DNA of 52,724 nt, the filler included, from Mitosporidium daphniae (lineage: Eukaryota): the NCBI RefSeq assembly GCF_000760515.2. It is 19 parts of 19 records of this genome, joined end to end, with 100 filler letters (N's around TTAATTAATTAA, not from the genome) between each part and the next. Parts side by side here need not be neighbours in the genome. Positions count along the whole stretch, not along the records: positions 11,975 to 13,023 come from NW_013546436.1; positions 13,124 to 14,163 come from NW_013546435.1; positions 14,264 to 15,303 come from NW_013546433.1; positions 15,404 to 16,424 come from NW_013546431.1; positions 16,525 to 17,534 come from NW_013546430.1; positions 17,635 to 18,642 come from NW_013546429.1; positions 18,743 to 19,746 come from NW_013546428.1; positions 19,847 to 20,849 come from NW_013546427.1; 11 more parts are not named here. One strand, 5' to 3'. Under the pieces are notes generated by a model that worked only from the letters and a program-made list of their open reading frames with translations, ran no database searches and was not told where the DNA came from. How positions within the stretch are numbered: the stretch's first letter is position 1; each line of letters starts with the position of its first letter. The position numbers were made by a program, and so were the translations under genes. Of this stretch, positions 11,875 to 22,449 are shown in pieces.

Positions 11875-12082
11875 NNNNNNNNNNNNNNNNNNNNNNNNNN
11901 NNNNNNNNNNNNNNNNNNTTAATTAATTAANNNNNNNNNNNNNNNNNNNNNNNNNNNNNNNNNNNNNNNNNNNNTGTATGGTTTTTTCAGAAATAGCCCT
12001 ATCTTTAAGAGCTCTCCCCAATTTCCGAATTCTGGATTGAAATTCGAATACTCGCTCTTTCCTAAGCTTTGGACTGTCTATA

Positions 12083-12316
12083 TTGTTTTGTTTTTTTTTC
12101 AATATTTTTGCGGTTATGAGTATGGTATTTTTTACCCTTTTATACCACCACTCCATCGTTGATGCGATTTCTGCGGTCACGCTGTTCGGAATCTATTTAT
12201 TGTCTTATTGGGTAGGTAATACATACATCTGGCCTCCAACAGCTCTTAACTCGGATCAATCTCAATCGGGCACAATTGCAGTTAATTCAAAAAAAAAGGA
12301 AGCGCTACAAAAGTAA
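12083..12316 (+). CDS. Possible membrane protein C-terminal fragment
   Basis: Two hydrophobic segments around HHSIVDA, weakly like PAP2 motif 3. Confidence 0.25.
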   Translation: MFCFFFNIFAVMSMVFFTLLYHHSIVDAISAVTLFGIYLLSYWVGNTYIWPPTALNSDQSQSGTIAVNSKKKEALQK

Positions 12317-13738
12317 AAAAATTCACAGTAAATAAATCTGATGAATCTGATGAATTTGATGGATTGCGAAAAGAAATCGATGAAATTTTAAAATTGCTAG
12401 ATAAAATTGCAATGATAATAACATCAAATTTCATTTCTAGTGTTGGGTAGCGATATCAAGAATCAGAAACAGTAATGAAAAAGAATATGTGAATCCTAAA
12501 ATAAAGATTAGTCAAATAAATAAAATATTTTGTCATAATCAGACAGTCCAAGACGTACAACAGCTCACTTGTAACCAAGTTTTTTAGCCTCAGCTCCTCA
12601 TGCTCACAGCCTAATCTTGAATGTAGAGGGTGTCGAAAAAGTCAATACAGAAACAAAAGAAGAAGGTAATGATCCAGTATCAAATTTTGATAAGAGCAAG
12701 CTAATGAAAATCATATCAAACACGAGGAAATCAACGAGAAGAATAAATATAAGGACAAATTCTAAGCGCCAAATGGAAGAATTTCGCATCGAGTAATATA
12801 TTCAACGTTTAAAATCTGTAAATAAGCTCATAAAAATCGGCTGAAAACGCGTCTGCCAGAGCTCAGAGCGGTCGATATGGATTTTTTCAATTAGGCAGAA
12901 ATTCCAAGCATCCAAAAAGTACTGCGGAAGTATAAAAGCACAGAATCATCCCAAGTGTCGGTAAAAAATACATTGATTCAATTCAAAGAATTGGCGGTCT
13001 AATTTGGCATCTAAATTCTCAATNNNNNNNNNNNNNNNNNNNNNNNNNNNNNNNNNNNNNNNNNNNNTTAATTAATTAANNNNNNNNNNNNNNNNNNNNN
13101 NNNNNNNNNNNNNNNNNNNNNNNGCCCCATCACATTTAAAAGCCATTCCATTGGCAAGAAAAGCAGAAAGGAACAGCTCAATTCTTCAATGCACTGGTTT
13201 TCTGAAACATCGGTAGTAGCTTCTTCTGCTCCCTCGTCCCCACACATAGCCAGGTGTACAAGGGACCAGAACGGGGTCTTTCATGTATTTTTTTCAGATA
13301 ATTTTATGTTTTACATCATTCCTGAACATTCAATTTGCTGGAACAAGAATTTAGAAGACTGGGTGACAAAGGAAACCCTTTTAGTTCATAGCGGCATCAA
13401 GGCAAGACTCCAATTTTTTTCGCAAATCTTTTTCAACTTTGGCATGGCGCCTTCTAAAAGCGCGGTCGTCGCTTTCATTCGGGGTATTTGGTCTCTTTTG
13501 TCTGGTGTTTCTTTTTGGTCTGTTTTATTTGGGCACTTATCTTCTAACCCGAAATCCCAATGCGCTTGGATATTGGGGATAAAGTGGCATCATTAAATCC
13601 TCCTGGGTTTGGGTTAGCTCGCAGCATCGACTCAAATATGATGCTTGTCTAGCAACATGCAATCAAAACTGCATTTATTTAGGATTGGTTTAGCCGTTCT
13701 ATTTATCCGTGTTATCAAATTTGAATTAATTTTGGAAC

Positions 13739-13784
13739 GGACGTGAAGAAAGGACGTGAAGAAAGGACGTGAAGAAAGGACGTG
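13739..13784 (+). repeat. 13-bp tandem repeat GGACGTGAAGAAA x3.5
   Basis: Directly visible; perfect copies. Confidence 0.95.
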
Positions 13785-13827
13785 TCAAACCAAAAGTTTG
13801 CCAAAAGCTTATTAAAACCGACAAAAA

Positions 13828-14163
13828 ATTTACTAAAATGTCATATTTTCAGTTTAATTAAATTAATGGCCACTTTGGACATGCATGTTGCGTTCTTGAT
13901 TCGTATCAGCTTGATTGGCATCAGTCATTAATCTCAAAGCAATTCCAAAACAAGGAAGAAGATTCCACCCACTACAGTCCAAACAAGGCCAGTGTGGCGA
14001 GCAGAGGCTGAATTGCCATCAATTTTAGGCAAGCTTTCACCTTTGATCGCATTTGCTTCAACACTCGTTAAAACTTCAAGATTACCATCCTGAGACGCAA
14101 GTGTTGTTGATCGACTTGAGCTATCCTTTTTTCCGCGTTTACATGATTTTGATACACTACCCA
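13828..14163 (-). repeat. Second copy of the GPI-like family 3' end plus shared downstream sequence
   Basis: Reverse complement aligns with ~7308-7595 and encodes KIDGNSASARHTGLVWTVVGGIFFLVLELL*. Confidence 0.85.
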
Positions 14164-14757
14164 NNNNNNNNNNNNNNNNNNNNNNNNNNNNNNNNNNNNN
14201 NNNNNNNTTAATTAATTAANNNNNNNNNNNNNNNNNNNNNNNNNNNNNNNNNNNNNNNNNNNNACCACTTTAACAAATTGGAAGAAGAAAACCCCCAGTC
14301 CTGATGAGGCTTGATGAATGTTTCAAACTTTGTAAACTATGCTGAGGTAGTAAGTGAAGGGTCGGTCACTGCCATCGAGTGTACACAAAACCTACCCATG
14401 CTGGAGGAAATAGATTAAAGAAAGGGGTGTGACAACAAAGACAATTATTTGACAGCGGTAAACGAGCGAAAAGAACAAAGTTATGACACAAAAACAACAA
14501 GCCCGAGGCATGGTGATTTGCAAAAATGGTTGGGAGCTCCGGAAAAACACATGTCAGCAAGAATCGCACTACTAGACCAATAAGGTTACAAAAATTTAAC
14601 ATCAACTAACCTAGAGTGACAACCGCCAGTCCTGGAAAGACTTGGTTGATGTTTGCAAGTTTCTAAACTAAGCCGAAGTGATGGTTATTGGAATCAGGTG
14701 TGACAAAAACTTTATCATTTTGCTGGATTCCACACGGCCTGAGTGTTAACGTAATGT

Positions 14758-14830
14758 GCCGAAATAGCTCAGTTGGGAGAGCGTTAGACTGAAGATCTAA
14801 AGGTCCCTGGTTCGATCCCGGGTTTCGGCA
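14758..14830 (+). tRNA. tRNA-Phe(GAA)
   Basis: GCCGAAATAGCTCAGTTGGGAGAGCGTTAGACTGAAGATCTAAAGGTCCCTGGTTCGATCCCGGGTTTCGGCA, the canonical animal tRNA-Phe as recalled. Confidence 0.98.
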
Positions 14831-14847
14831 ACCAACGGCTGATAACA

Positions 14848-14919
14848 TCCCATATGGTCTAGTGGCTAGGATACCTGGCTTTCACCCAGGAGGCTCGGGT
14901 TCGATTCCCGGTATGGGAA
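14848..14919 (+). tRNA. tRNA-Glu(TTC)
   Basis: TCCCATATGGTCTAGTGGCTAGGATA...CTTTCAC...GTTCGATTCCCGGTATGGGAA. Confidence 0.96.
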
Positions 14920-15172
14920 CAGTTAGAATTGTTCATTGTTACAATGTCATATTTTTGTTGCTTGGTTGAATCAAAAATAGAAAAATTCTCTGCTTTGGCA
15001 AGTTATCGATAATCAGTCATCGGTGTACAGTCTTAGACGGAGATTTGACGAAAAATTGCCGTCACTGTTTGAGTTTCAGTTTGAGAACACTTTTGCGGCT
15101 TTGTTGCAGCCAGAAGCCATAACTATTTAAATAGTTCACTAATGGGTGAACAACTTGAGTGGGTGAAACGGC

Positions 15173-15245
15173 TGGAGATGCAGGGTATCGATCCCCGTAC
15201 TTCTCGCATGCTAAGCGAGCGCTCTACCATCTGAGCTACATCCCC
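15173..15245 (-). tRNA. tRNA-Ala(AGC)
   Basis: Reverse complement GGGGATGTAGCTCAGATGGTAGAGCGCTCGCTTAGCATGCGAG...GATCGATACCCTGCATCTCCA. Confidence 0.95.
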
Positions 15246-15263
15246 GAGTACAACGCTCACTGT

Positions 15264-15303
15264 GGGCTCATCCGGGAATTGAACCCGGGACCTCTCGCAC
15301 CCT
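15264..15303 (-). tRNA. tRNA-Pro(AGG), 3' half, cut by the contig end
   Basis: Reverse complement AGGGTGCGAGAGGTCCCGGGTTCAATTCCCGGATGAGCCC. Confidence 0.88.
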
Positions 15304-15579
15304 NNNNNNNNNNNNNNNNNNNNNNNNNNNNNNNNNNNNNNNNNNNNTTAATTAATTAANNNNNNNNNNNNNNNNNNNNNNNNNNNNNNNNNNNNNNNNN
15401 NNNCAGTCGGCATGCGCTTTGATATCACAATTCCCAAAATTTGTAAATTGACGCTAAATAGCATGCGAGCCCAATCAGAAGGCCAAAAGTATATTCTAAC
15501 CCTAAGTTACCAATTCATCAATAAAAGTTGCCCTACAGCACCAATTTGTCCAAAGTAAACTTCAACTTTTCAACTTTCC

Positions 15580-16424
15580 ATGCTAAAGTTGCCACCGCTG
15601 GTGGAGGAATCTATTTGGGACTGTCCGCTCACACCAAACGCACTTGAATGGACAAAATCCAACGAACTTGTGGTCCGGACAGCGACAATCATCACCGTCA
15701 TTGTATTTCTGACTCTTTTACCATAGGATTTGGGGTCCAAATGGCCTCCATCCGCAGTGGATCCCGGATTTTGCCACAGCAACTACTGGACCATATGGGC
15801 GTCCGAGGCTATAACACCTACATCAAACAATCGAAAGTGGCTAACGAGTGTCGCATCACCGACCCTCTCTACAGGTCCATCAGCGATTGCTGCAGTGTTG
15901 ACCACAGGTGAATGCTTTATTTACGCTCTCAAGCCTGGCTCGGCTATAACGCAGAACTACACTCAGGTTTTTACCTATCCTGATAATTAGCTTGCACAAG
16001 TGTGTGCAGATCATCCTGTGACAGCCATTTCCTGGTCTACCTCGCACAATACGTTTTATGATTTGAATAAGCAAAGCGGAATTTTGAAGATAGTTCAGAA
16101 TGATAATGGCATTCTATCCAATGAAAATGATGATGGGCCCCTACTATATTCTTTGCTTGCCGTTGGATGCGGAGAGTTTTCTCCGATTAGAATTTACTCG
16201 GTTAACCACAATATTTTCGAGAGAGAGGAAATTTCGAATGTGATTTTCCCCCTCGTCCAGGTAATCGAAGCATTTCCATCTCCGATCGCTGCTCCCTCAC
16301 AATTACTTTGGAATTGTTTTCGTGGTGCTGAAAGGCTTCTCGCGTGGCTTTATCCTTGTGGAAGTTTTGGGATCCATTGTGCTGGGTTAATCCAAAATGC
16401 CTCGGAACTTATTTTCAAAAGTCG
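15580..16424 (+). CDS. Beta-propeller-like protein, possibly TFIIIC delta/GTF3C4-type N-terminus (multi-exon, partial)
   Basis: PNALEWTKSNELVVRT, AIAAVLTTGECFIY and VTAISWS in successive exons. Confidence 0.4.
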
Positions 16425-16524
16425 NNNNNNNNNNNNNNNNNNNNNNNNNNNNNNNNNNNNNNNNNNNNTTAATTAATTAANNNNNNNNNNNNNNNNNNNN
16501 NNNNNNNNNNNNNNNNNNNNNNNN

Positions 16525-17534
16525 CTTCTTTTTCGGCTTGGTCTTCCTTGGAAAAGGGGATATTGCTGATGGTCCCCAAAAATGGCTTGTTCGGGTCATT
16601 GAGAAAATCCTCATCGCTGTCAATATCTGAGCCGGAATCATTTTCGTTGTGAGTGATGGGGACCAAGTCTAGAAACACAAGGTAATTGTCGCCAGACGTG
16701 TCCTGTGCAAGGCTATTCTCGGCCGAGCGTGCGAATACCAGCTGCTCGGGTATCAAAAAGGACGAAAAAAGGAAATCCTCTGGAGCGGAGTTTGTAAGGA
16801 TCACTCGAAGTTCCGAAAACGATTTGAAAATGTTTTTGGGGATGTGCGGCAAAAATTTCTTTATCCTGCGCAAAAAGCCCGACGATGAGGTGGAAAATTT
16901 GGTGTTCATCTTGGCCTGATACGTTAGCATTTTAAGGATTTGCAAGGCCAGCGATAAATACTTTATCTTCACCTGCATCAAAGGCGGCGTGGCTTCCTCA
17001 TCAAATGCATCTTCTTCAGACAGCGCCGATGTCGAGGTTGATGAGGAGGATGAATTGGTGGAAGGATTCGATAGTATGTTTTGGAAATGAAAATTTTCGG
17101 TATCTTTAGTACAAACCGAAGAACAACAAGAAGACGAGGATGACGTCCATGTGGAGGAAGAATCAAAAGATACAGAAGATGCGTTGCTTGCATCGGAATT
17201 GGAATCGTTGCAATCGGATGAGGACGTTGTATCCAAGGGATTATAGTGGAGATCGCTCAATAAACACTCTTTGGTCTCCATGCATCCTGCAGGATGCATG
17301 GACTCTGCTGGATCAGGTGAATGGTCGCCACCATCATGGCTTTTCTTGGTGGGACCAACATTTCCGTCAGAAGTAAATGGAATGTTTGGCAAGGTTTGGG
17401 GATCAGAATCCAGATTGAGATCGAGATCATGGAGGTGCTGATCGACAACTTCATGTGGCTGATCGCCGGGGCTGCAAACATTATTGTTTTGCTCAATGAA
17501 CGGCTTGCCGGACGTAGATATCGAGTCCCACAAC
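16525..17534 (-). CDS. Unknown Ser/Asp-rich protein, internal fragment
   Basis: Frame open across the whole contig. Confidence 0.7.
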
Positions 17535-17634
17535 NNNNNNNNNNNNNNNNNNNNNNNNNNNNNNNNNNNNNNNNNNNNTTAATTAATTAANNNNNNNNNN
17601 NNNNNNNNNNNNNNNNNNNNNNNNNNNNNNNNNN

Positions 17635-18642
17635 TGTATGAATCACCAGGTTTTGACAGAGGTACCGGAATGATAATGTGGAAGGAATTTTCAATCGACA
17701 CAAATAAAAATGGCAAATTTGCGGAGGCGAAAAAATTTCTCTCGATCCCAGCAGGAGGATGAATCTTGAATTTCTCGCCCTTGATAACAGCGAAATATTC
17801 GGCACTTCCCTTCTTCATAACGTAAAAGTCCTTTGTTGAGCCATTGTAACTGTCGAAAAAATAAAAGGATTGAGCCTCACTTTCTAGTGTGAAAATGTGC
17901 GAATCCACTGCAAAGTTAAAAAGCACCCCACGCGTTAAAAAAGCATCAAGAAACGATTGCGATGCCGAAGAGAAAGAGCAGAACGAACTTATGTGAAAAG
18001 AGCATGGAAGTGGACTGGCTATCTCCCCTGTGAATTTGGACGAGTTTTTCAAAGCCAGAGTATTTCCGCCAGAAAGCTCTGCATACTGAAATCCGTCTAA
18101 ATCAAAAAGGTACACTTTTTCGGTCCACCAAAGGTTAGAGTGGGTTTGGAATGCAATGACATCATTGTCAGACCCCACCATTTTGCTGTTGAATGCAACT
18201 TGTAGACCCAGTTTTTTATGGCAAAGCTTAAAGTGATCAGAAACAAGCTTGGCTTCTATCTCACCATCCTTTACTAAAAAAGCATCTTTTTGATTTAGAA
18301 ATAAGTGCATGCCGTTATATTTGACGATCGAAAATATTGATCCATCAGATCTGCGCTTGTGTAGCGTAACTTCTACCTTATAATTGCGTTTGTCTTTGAC
18401 GTTCATGATCTTCCATAAGCGGTGGCTGGCAAATGGAAGTTCGGAGAGCTGTATCCGTTCCCCATCGATCAGAAAATGTCCATTCACCAAATTTTGGATT
18501 CCTTTTGCTGTTTCTGCTGCGCATCTTGATTTAGAAGAAGAAAATTTCCAATTGTCATAATAGATTCTAAGAACATATTGAATTTCTTCCTTGCAAAAAA
18601 ACGACTTTATGAGCTCAAAATTCGATATCACCGACAAATAGA
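17635..18642 (-). CDS. Unknown protein, internal fragment
   Basis: Frame open across the whole contig. Confidence 0.7.
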
Positions 18643-18742
18643 NNNNNNNNNNNNNNNNNNNNNNNNNNNNNNNNNNNNNNNNNNNNTTAATTAATTAANN
18701 NNNNNNNNNNNNNNNNNNNNNNNNNNNNNNNNNNNNNNNNNN

Positions 18743-19576
18743 ATGGGCCTTGGGTTGGCGGTTCCAAAACCCGATCTTGTAATGATCGGGGAAACTATAA
18801 GTCCAAAACTTAAAAAACTTATAGGAATGGATATATCTGGATAAGATCTGTCCATTTCTGCAAAAATATTGCTTAAAAACTACTTATTGGAAGAGTAACC
18901 CGATTTGCCATTTTTCCGGTAGGTCGGTGCGGTTTAGCGGGTATCCGGTAATCCCCACCCCCGAATAATACTTAATATTTAAATAATTTTTTGCGGGAAA
19001 ACTATAAGACCAAAATTAATAAATTTTACAGAAATGGATAGCTCTTATCAAGAGCTATCCATTTCTGTAAAAAAGTTAAGACAATTTTCATAAACAAAAA
19101 AATTTTGGGCAAGAACTTTTTTGTAGTTTTTGCGCTCTAGAGATATACTCGATCCTATAGACTTAAGTAATAATTTTCATTGTTTTTGAAACTTTTTAGT
19201 GTATGAATATTTTTTCATAAATTATAGAGAAATAGATAGCCCTTATCAAGAGCTTTCCATTTATATAAAATTTATTAATTTTGGTCCTATAGTTTCCCCG
19301 AAAAAAATTATTTAAATTTCCCGTATTACTGGGAGATGAGGGTTAACTTAGACCCGCTAAACTGCACCGACCTACCTGAAAAATGCCGAAACGGTTTAGG
19401 GTTTACTTCTCCAATAAGGAAATTTTGAGCAATATTTTTACAGAAATGGATAGATCTTATCAAGATATATCCATTCCTATAATTGTTAAAACTTTTGGAC
19501 TTATAGTTTTCCCGATTGTCCCAAAATCGGGTGTTGAAACCGTTTTTCTCCAGCCCGCACCAACCCAGTTGCCCAT
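18743..19576. mobile_element. Non-autonomous foldback/MITE-like element with ~330-350 bp imperfect inverted arms and four internal palindromes
   Basis: 18743-~19070 is the reverse complement of ~19225-19576, e.g. GGTAGGTCGGTGCGGTTTAGCGGGT versus ACCCGCTAAACTGCACCGACCTACC. No credible ORF. Confidence 0.75.
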
Positions 19577-19846
19577 GAGAGTTCATTCACAATAATTCTG
19601 ATGGAAACACACCGATTTTTAATTCATTCCTGTTTTATAAATTGAAAAGCGATTTAATAAAGGTATAAGTAGTGTAATAGCATAAATTAATAAATTAAAA
19701 ACAAAAAACGAACAATAACGAAAAAATATTCATACACAAAAAAGTTNNNNNNNNNNNNNNNNNNNNNNNNNNNNNNNNNNNNNNNNNNNNTTAATTAATT
19801 AANNNNNNNNNNNNNNNNNNNNNNNNNNNNNNNNNNNNNNNNNNNN

Positions 19847-20849
19847 TCATAAAACCAACGGCGCCGCCAGAGTATGCCAGATAGTGAAGCATGTCTTCCA
19901 AGTCAAATTCGTCCAGATAATAGATGTTAATCAATGCAGGCGAGAAGAAAAAGTGAAAGGGATTTTTGAGCTTTTCAGAGATATCGTTCATTGTGGCGAA
20001 TACCTTTTTTCCTTTGAAAATATCAACAAACACCGGGTACTTTGTGTATGCATCGTTCAAATTGAGGCGACCAACAACTGTTGTTGCAAAATCTTTTGTA
20101 AATTTAACCCCTAAACCATCAAATATCGCATCAGATATTCCGAAAGGTGAAGAATTTGCAGGGGATACATTTGTATCTTCCAGGTTTTCATGAATTTTTT
20201 CCTGCTCTTGGACAGATTGTTGCTCTTGCGTCGATTGCACAACACTCTCGCTATCCAATGTAGGGGTATCTGCAATTGATGGAATCAAAGATATGTTAAA
20301 ATTCGCGAAAAATGTCGCCCCTGCCTGGCTAGCTTGAAAGAATTTCAAAATTTCAGACTTTGAAATACCATTTTGAGAAAAAAAGATCCACTTAAGCTCG
20401 TCAATCGATTTTCCATCGTTCAAGTTGAGAATCCTGTCCCAGTTGGGAATTGAATTGGCTGCAGAATAGGTGGGAGACCAAATGATCTTCAAAATCGTCA
20501 AAAAAAATACTTGCCATCGTAAAAGGAATCTCTGTTTACGATCCATCTTGAGCTGGTTCAAATGGGCACAAGTAAAAATTGTTTTCAAAGCACCTTTCTT
20601 ACCAGACTTTATAACCTCTGAAAAAAGGGTGATTTTTGATGTCAATTATTCCTTGTCATTCGCACTCAGCGTCGAAAGCATATCTTGGTCATCTTGCAGG
20701 ATTGAAGAACCGAAAATCTTAATCTGGTGACGTGGGTTCTCAAAAAAGTAAAGGAATTATCAACCGAGATTCCATTCAACAGCTCTCGGGCTCTCAAGAG
20801 CGCTTGGTAAAAGCTTTTAGTGTACACAAGCGTCGAGAAAGTAACCACG
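19847..20849 (-). pseudogene. Disrupted paralogue of the 3675-4760 gene
   Basis: Same VTFSTLVYTKSFYQALLRAR start and near-identical C-terminal half. Frameshift near 20745 and in-frame TAA at 20646-20648. Confidence 0.8.
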
Positions 20850-20979
20850 NNNNNNNNNNNNNNNNNNNNNNNNNNNNNNNNNNNNNNNNNNNNTTAATTA
20901 ATTAANNNNNNNNNNNNNNNNNNNNNNNNNNNNNNNNNNNNNNNNNNNNCATACACATACAGATGCAGATTCTTAATGA

Positions 20980-22341
20980 TTACAACGGCTCCCTTTTGAT
21001 AAAACATGCAATGAAGAAGGCAATAGAATCCATCATTAGCATGTGCTTTTCACTAGGGTCATAATCAATTTCAGGGACAAATCTAACACACTTTTGTGCA
21101 TACTCAAAAGAGAGTGAAGTGTAAGGCTCTGGAATACCTCTTCTTACTTGAAGTGGAACGCAAATTTCTTCCAGACAAAGCGGTAGATTGGAAAGTGCCC
21201 AGGACACGACCTCTTCATTTTCAGCGGGAGAAAGCGTGCATGTAGAATAAACAAGTGGAGATCCAACGATTAACATGTCACAGACACTTTTCAAAAGACG
21301 CTTCTGATATGAGGAAAAGTTTTCGCCTCTCCATGGGGCAGACGAATTTTCAATTGATTCGGAGGAAAAAATAGGTCGCTGCCCAATTCCAGAACACGGA
21401 GGGTCTAATAGAATTGCATCAAACGGATCCTGAGATAACTTGACCACATCTCCCTTGATAACCGTGATGTTCGTGCAATTTGAGGATTGAAGTAGATTTT
21501 CGCACGCCTCTACTTTTGGACGGGAATGCTCAACAGCTACTATTTGAGCTTTCGGGAATAACTCAGATAGGTGTTTGGTTTTACCCCCGTAGCCAGAACA
21601 AGCATCTAAAACCCTTCCATCCCGTCGCTTGCATGCATTAAAGAGGACTCTTGAGGTAACTATGGAAGGAAGATTCTGAAGATAAAAGTGAGAAGACCGA
21701 GATGTTATGGGAAATAAAGCTGTCAGCATTTGGACAGCCGGAACGCCATTTCTTGTCTTTTCCAATTTTAGCTTCATAATAGCCTCTCTTGATGGAGTAG
21801 CTGGGATACCGAGGCCAAGGAAAACCAAGTTTTCCAGCGAACGAACCCGCTCTCCAACTAAAAAATGAGATGTTTTCTCTACAAACACATTTACCAGGTT
21901 CCTTTGTGAATTATAGCGGCAAAAACTATCGGCCGTAATAATTCCGGGGGCATAAACATTAGCTCCCCTACATACAGCCTGACCTGTATGCTTATCGACA
22001 ATCACATTTGGGAGATCACATTGAACCTCTGCAGCTGGTGTTCGGGTGCAGATAAAAATCACTTCTGGAAATTTCTCTGCATCAATCCATGCATCAAATT
22101 TGGAAATAAAGCCTGAAACCCCAATATCTGTCATATCGACAAGGCTTTGATGTAAGGATTTTAACTCAGAACGCACTTCATCCAATGCTGAGTTGAGCGA
22201 GACGTATTTGCTCAGATCTACTCTGATTGTCGTAAGAGCAGGTGGCCGAAATAAAACGGCATTAATAAGCAAAGCAATAGGATCAGAACATTCAGGGTAC
22301 ACCGTTCGATACCATTGGATTATCGGTTCAGGAAACATCAT
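20980..22341 (-). CDS. NSUN6: NSUN6-like RNA m5C methyltransferase (PUA + RsmB/NOP2 domain)
   Basis: GQAVCRGANVYAPGI (PUA), VLDACSGYGGKT, LLDPPCSGIG, LVYSTCTLSPAENE. Confidence 0.88.
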   Translation of the reverse strand: MMFPEPIIQWYRTVYPECSDPIALLINAVLFRPPALTTIRVDLSKYVSLNSALDEVRSELKSLHQSLVDMTDIGVSGFISKFDAWIDAEKFPEVIFICTRTPAAEVQCDLPNVIVDKHTGQAVCRGANVYAPGIITADSFCRYNSQRNLVNVFVEKTSHFLVGERVRSLENLVFLGLGIPATPSREAIMKLKLEKTRNGVPAVQMLTALFPITSRSSHFYLQNLPSIVTSRVLFNACKRRDGRVLDACSGYGGKTKHLSELFPKAQIVAVEHSRPKVEACENLLQSSNCTNITVIKGDVVKLSQDPFDAILLDPPCSGIGQRPIFSSESIENSSAPWRGENFSSYQKRLLKSVCDMLIVGSPLVYSTCTLSPAENEEVVSWALSNLPLCLEEICVPLQVRRGIPEPYTSLSFEYAQKCVRFVPEIDYDPSEKHMLMMDSIAFFIACFIKREPL

Positions 22342-22449
22342 AAAATGACTCCTAGTCCAATCAAAATCAATGTAAAATATTCGCACCTATTAGTAAATAT
22401 ACTTCATTAAATGGTCTAAATTTTAGCTTTCTCAAGTTTGTTAACTGAA

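Larger units (their letters stand above)
1127..20949. other. 18 artificial 100-bp contig linkers (44N-TTAATTAATTAA-44N) starting at 1127, 2348, 3555, 4761, 5955, 7146, 8334, 9517, 10700, 11875, 13024, 14164, 15304, 16425, 17535, 18643, 19747, 20850
   Basis: Identical N-padded spacer with stops in all six frames. Intervening segment lengths never increase, from 1121 to 1003 bp. Confidence 0.98.

Noticed and set aside
14663..15359. ORFs 14663-14848 and 15159-15359
   Set aside because: They are antisense translations of tRNA genes.
19326..19595. ORFs inside the foldback element
   Set aside because: Short, with no transposase motifs; chance frames.
20646..20648. In-frame TAA codons here, near 7361 and at 24695 as evidence of a reassigned genetic code
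   Set aside because: Many conserved genes (CCDC25, eL27, DBT, DRE2) end at TAA exactly where expected, and I saw no internal TAA in their conserved exons.
1127..20949. Regularly spaced TTAATTAATTAA resembling a repeat array or CRISPR
   Set aside because: It is a synthetic six-frame-stop linker flanked by fixed N runs. Gene adjacency across linkers has no biological meaning.
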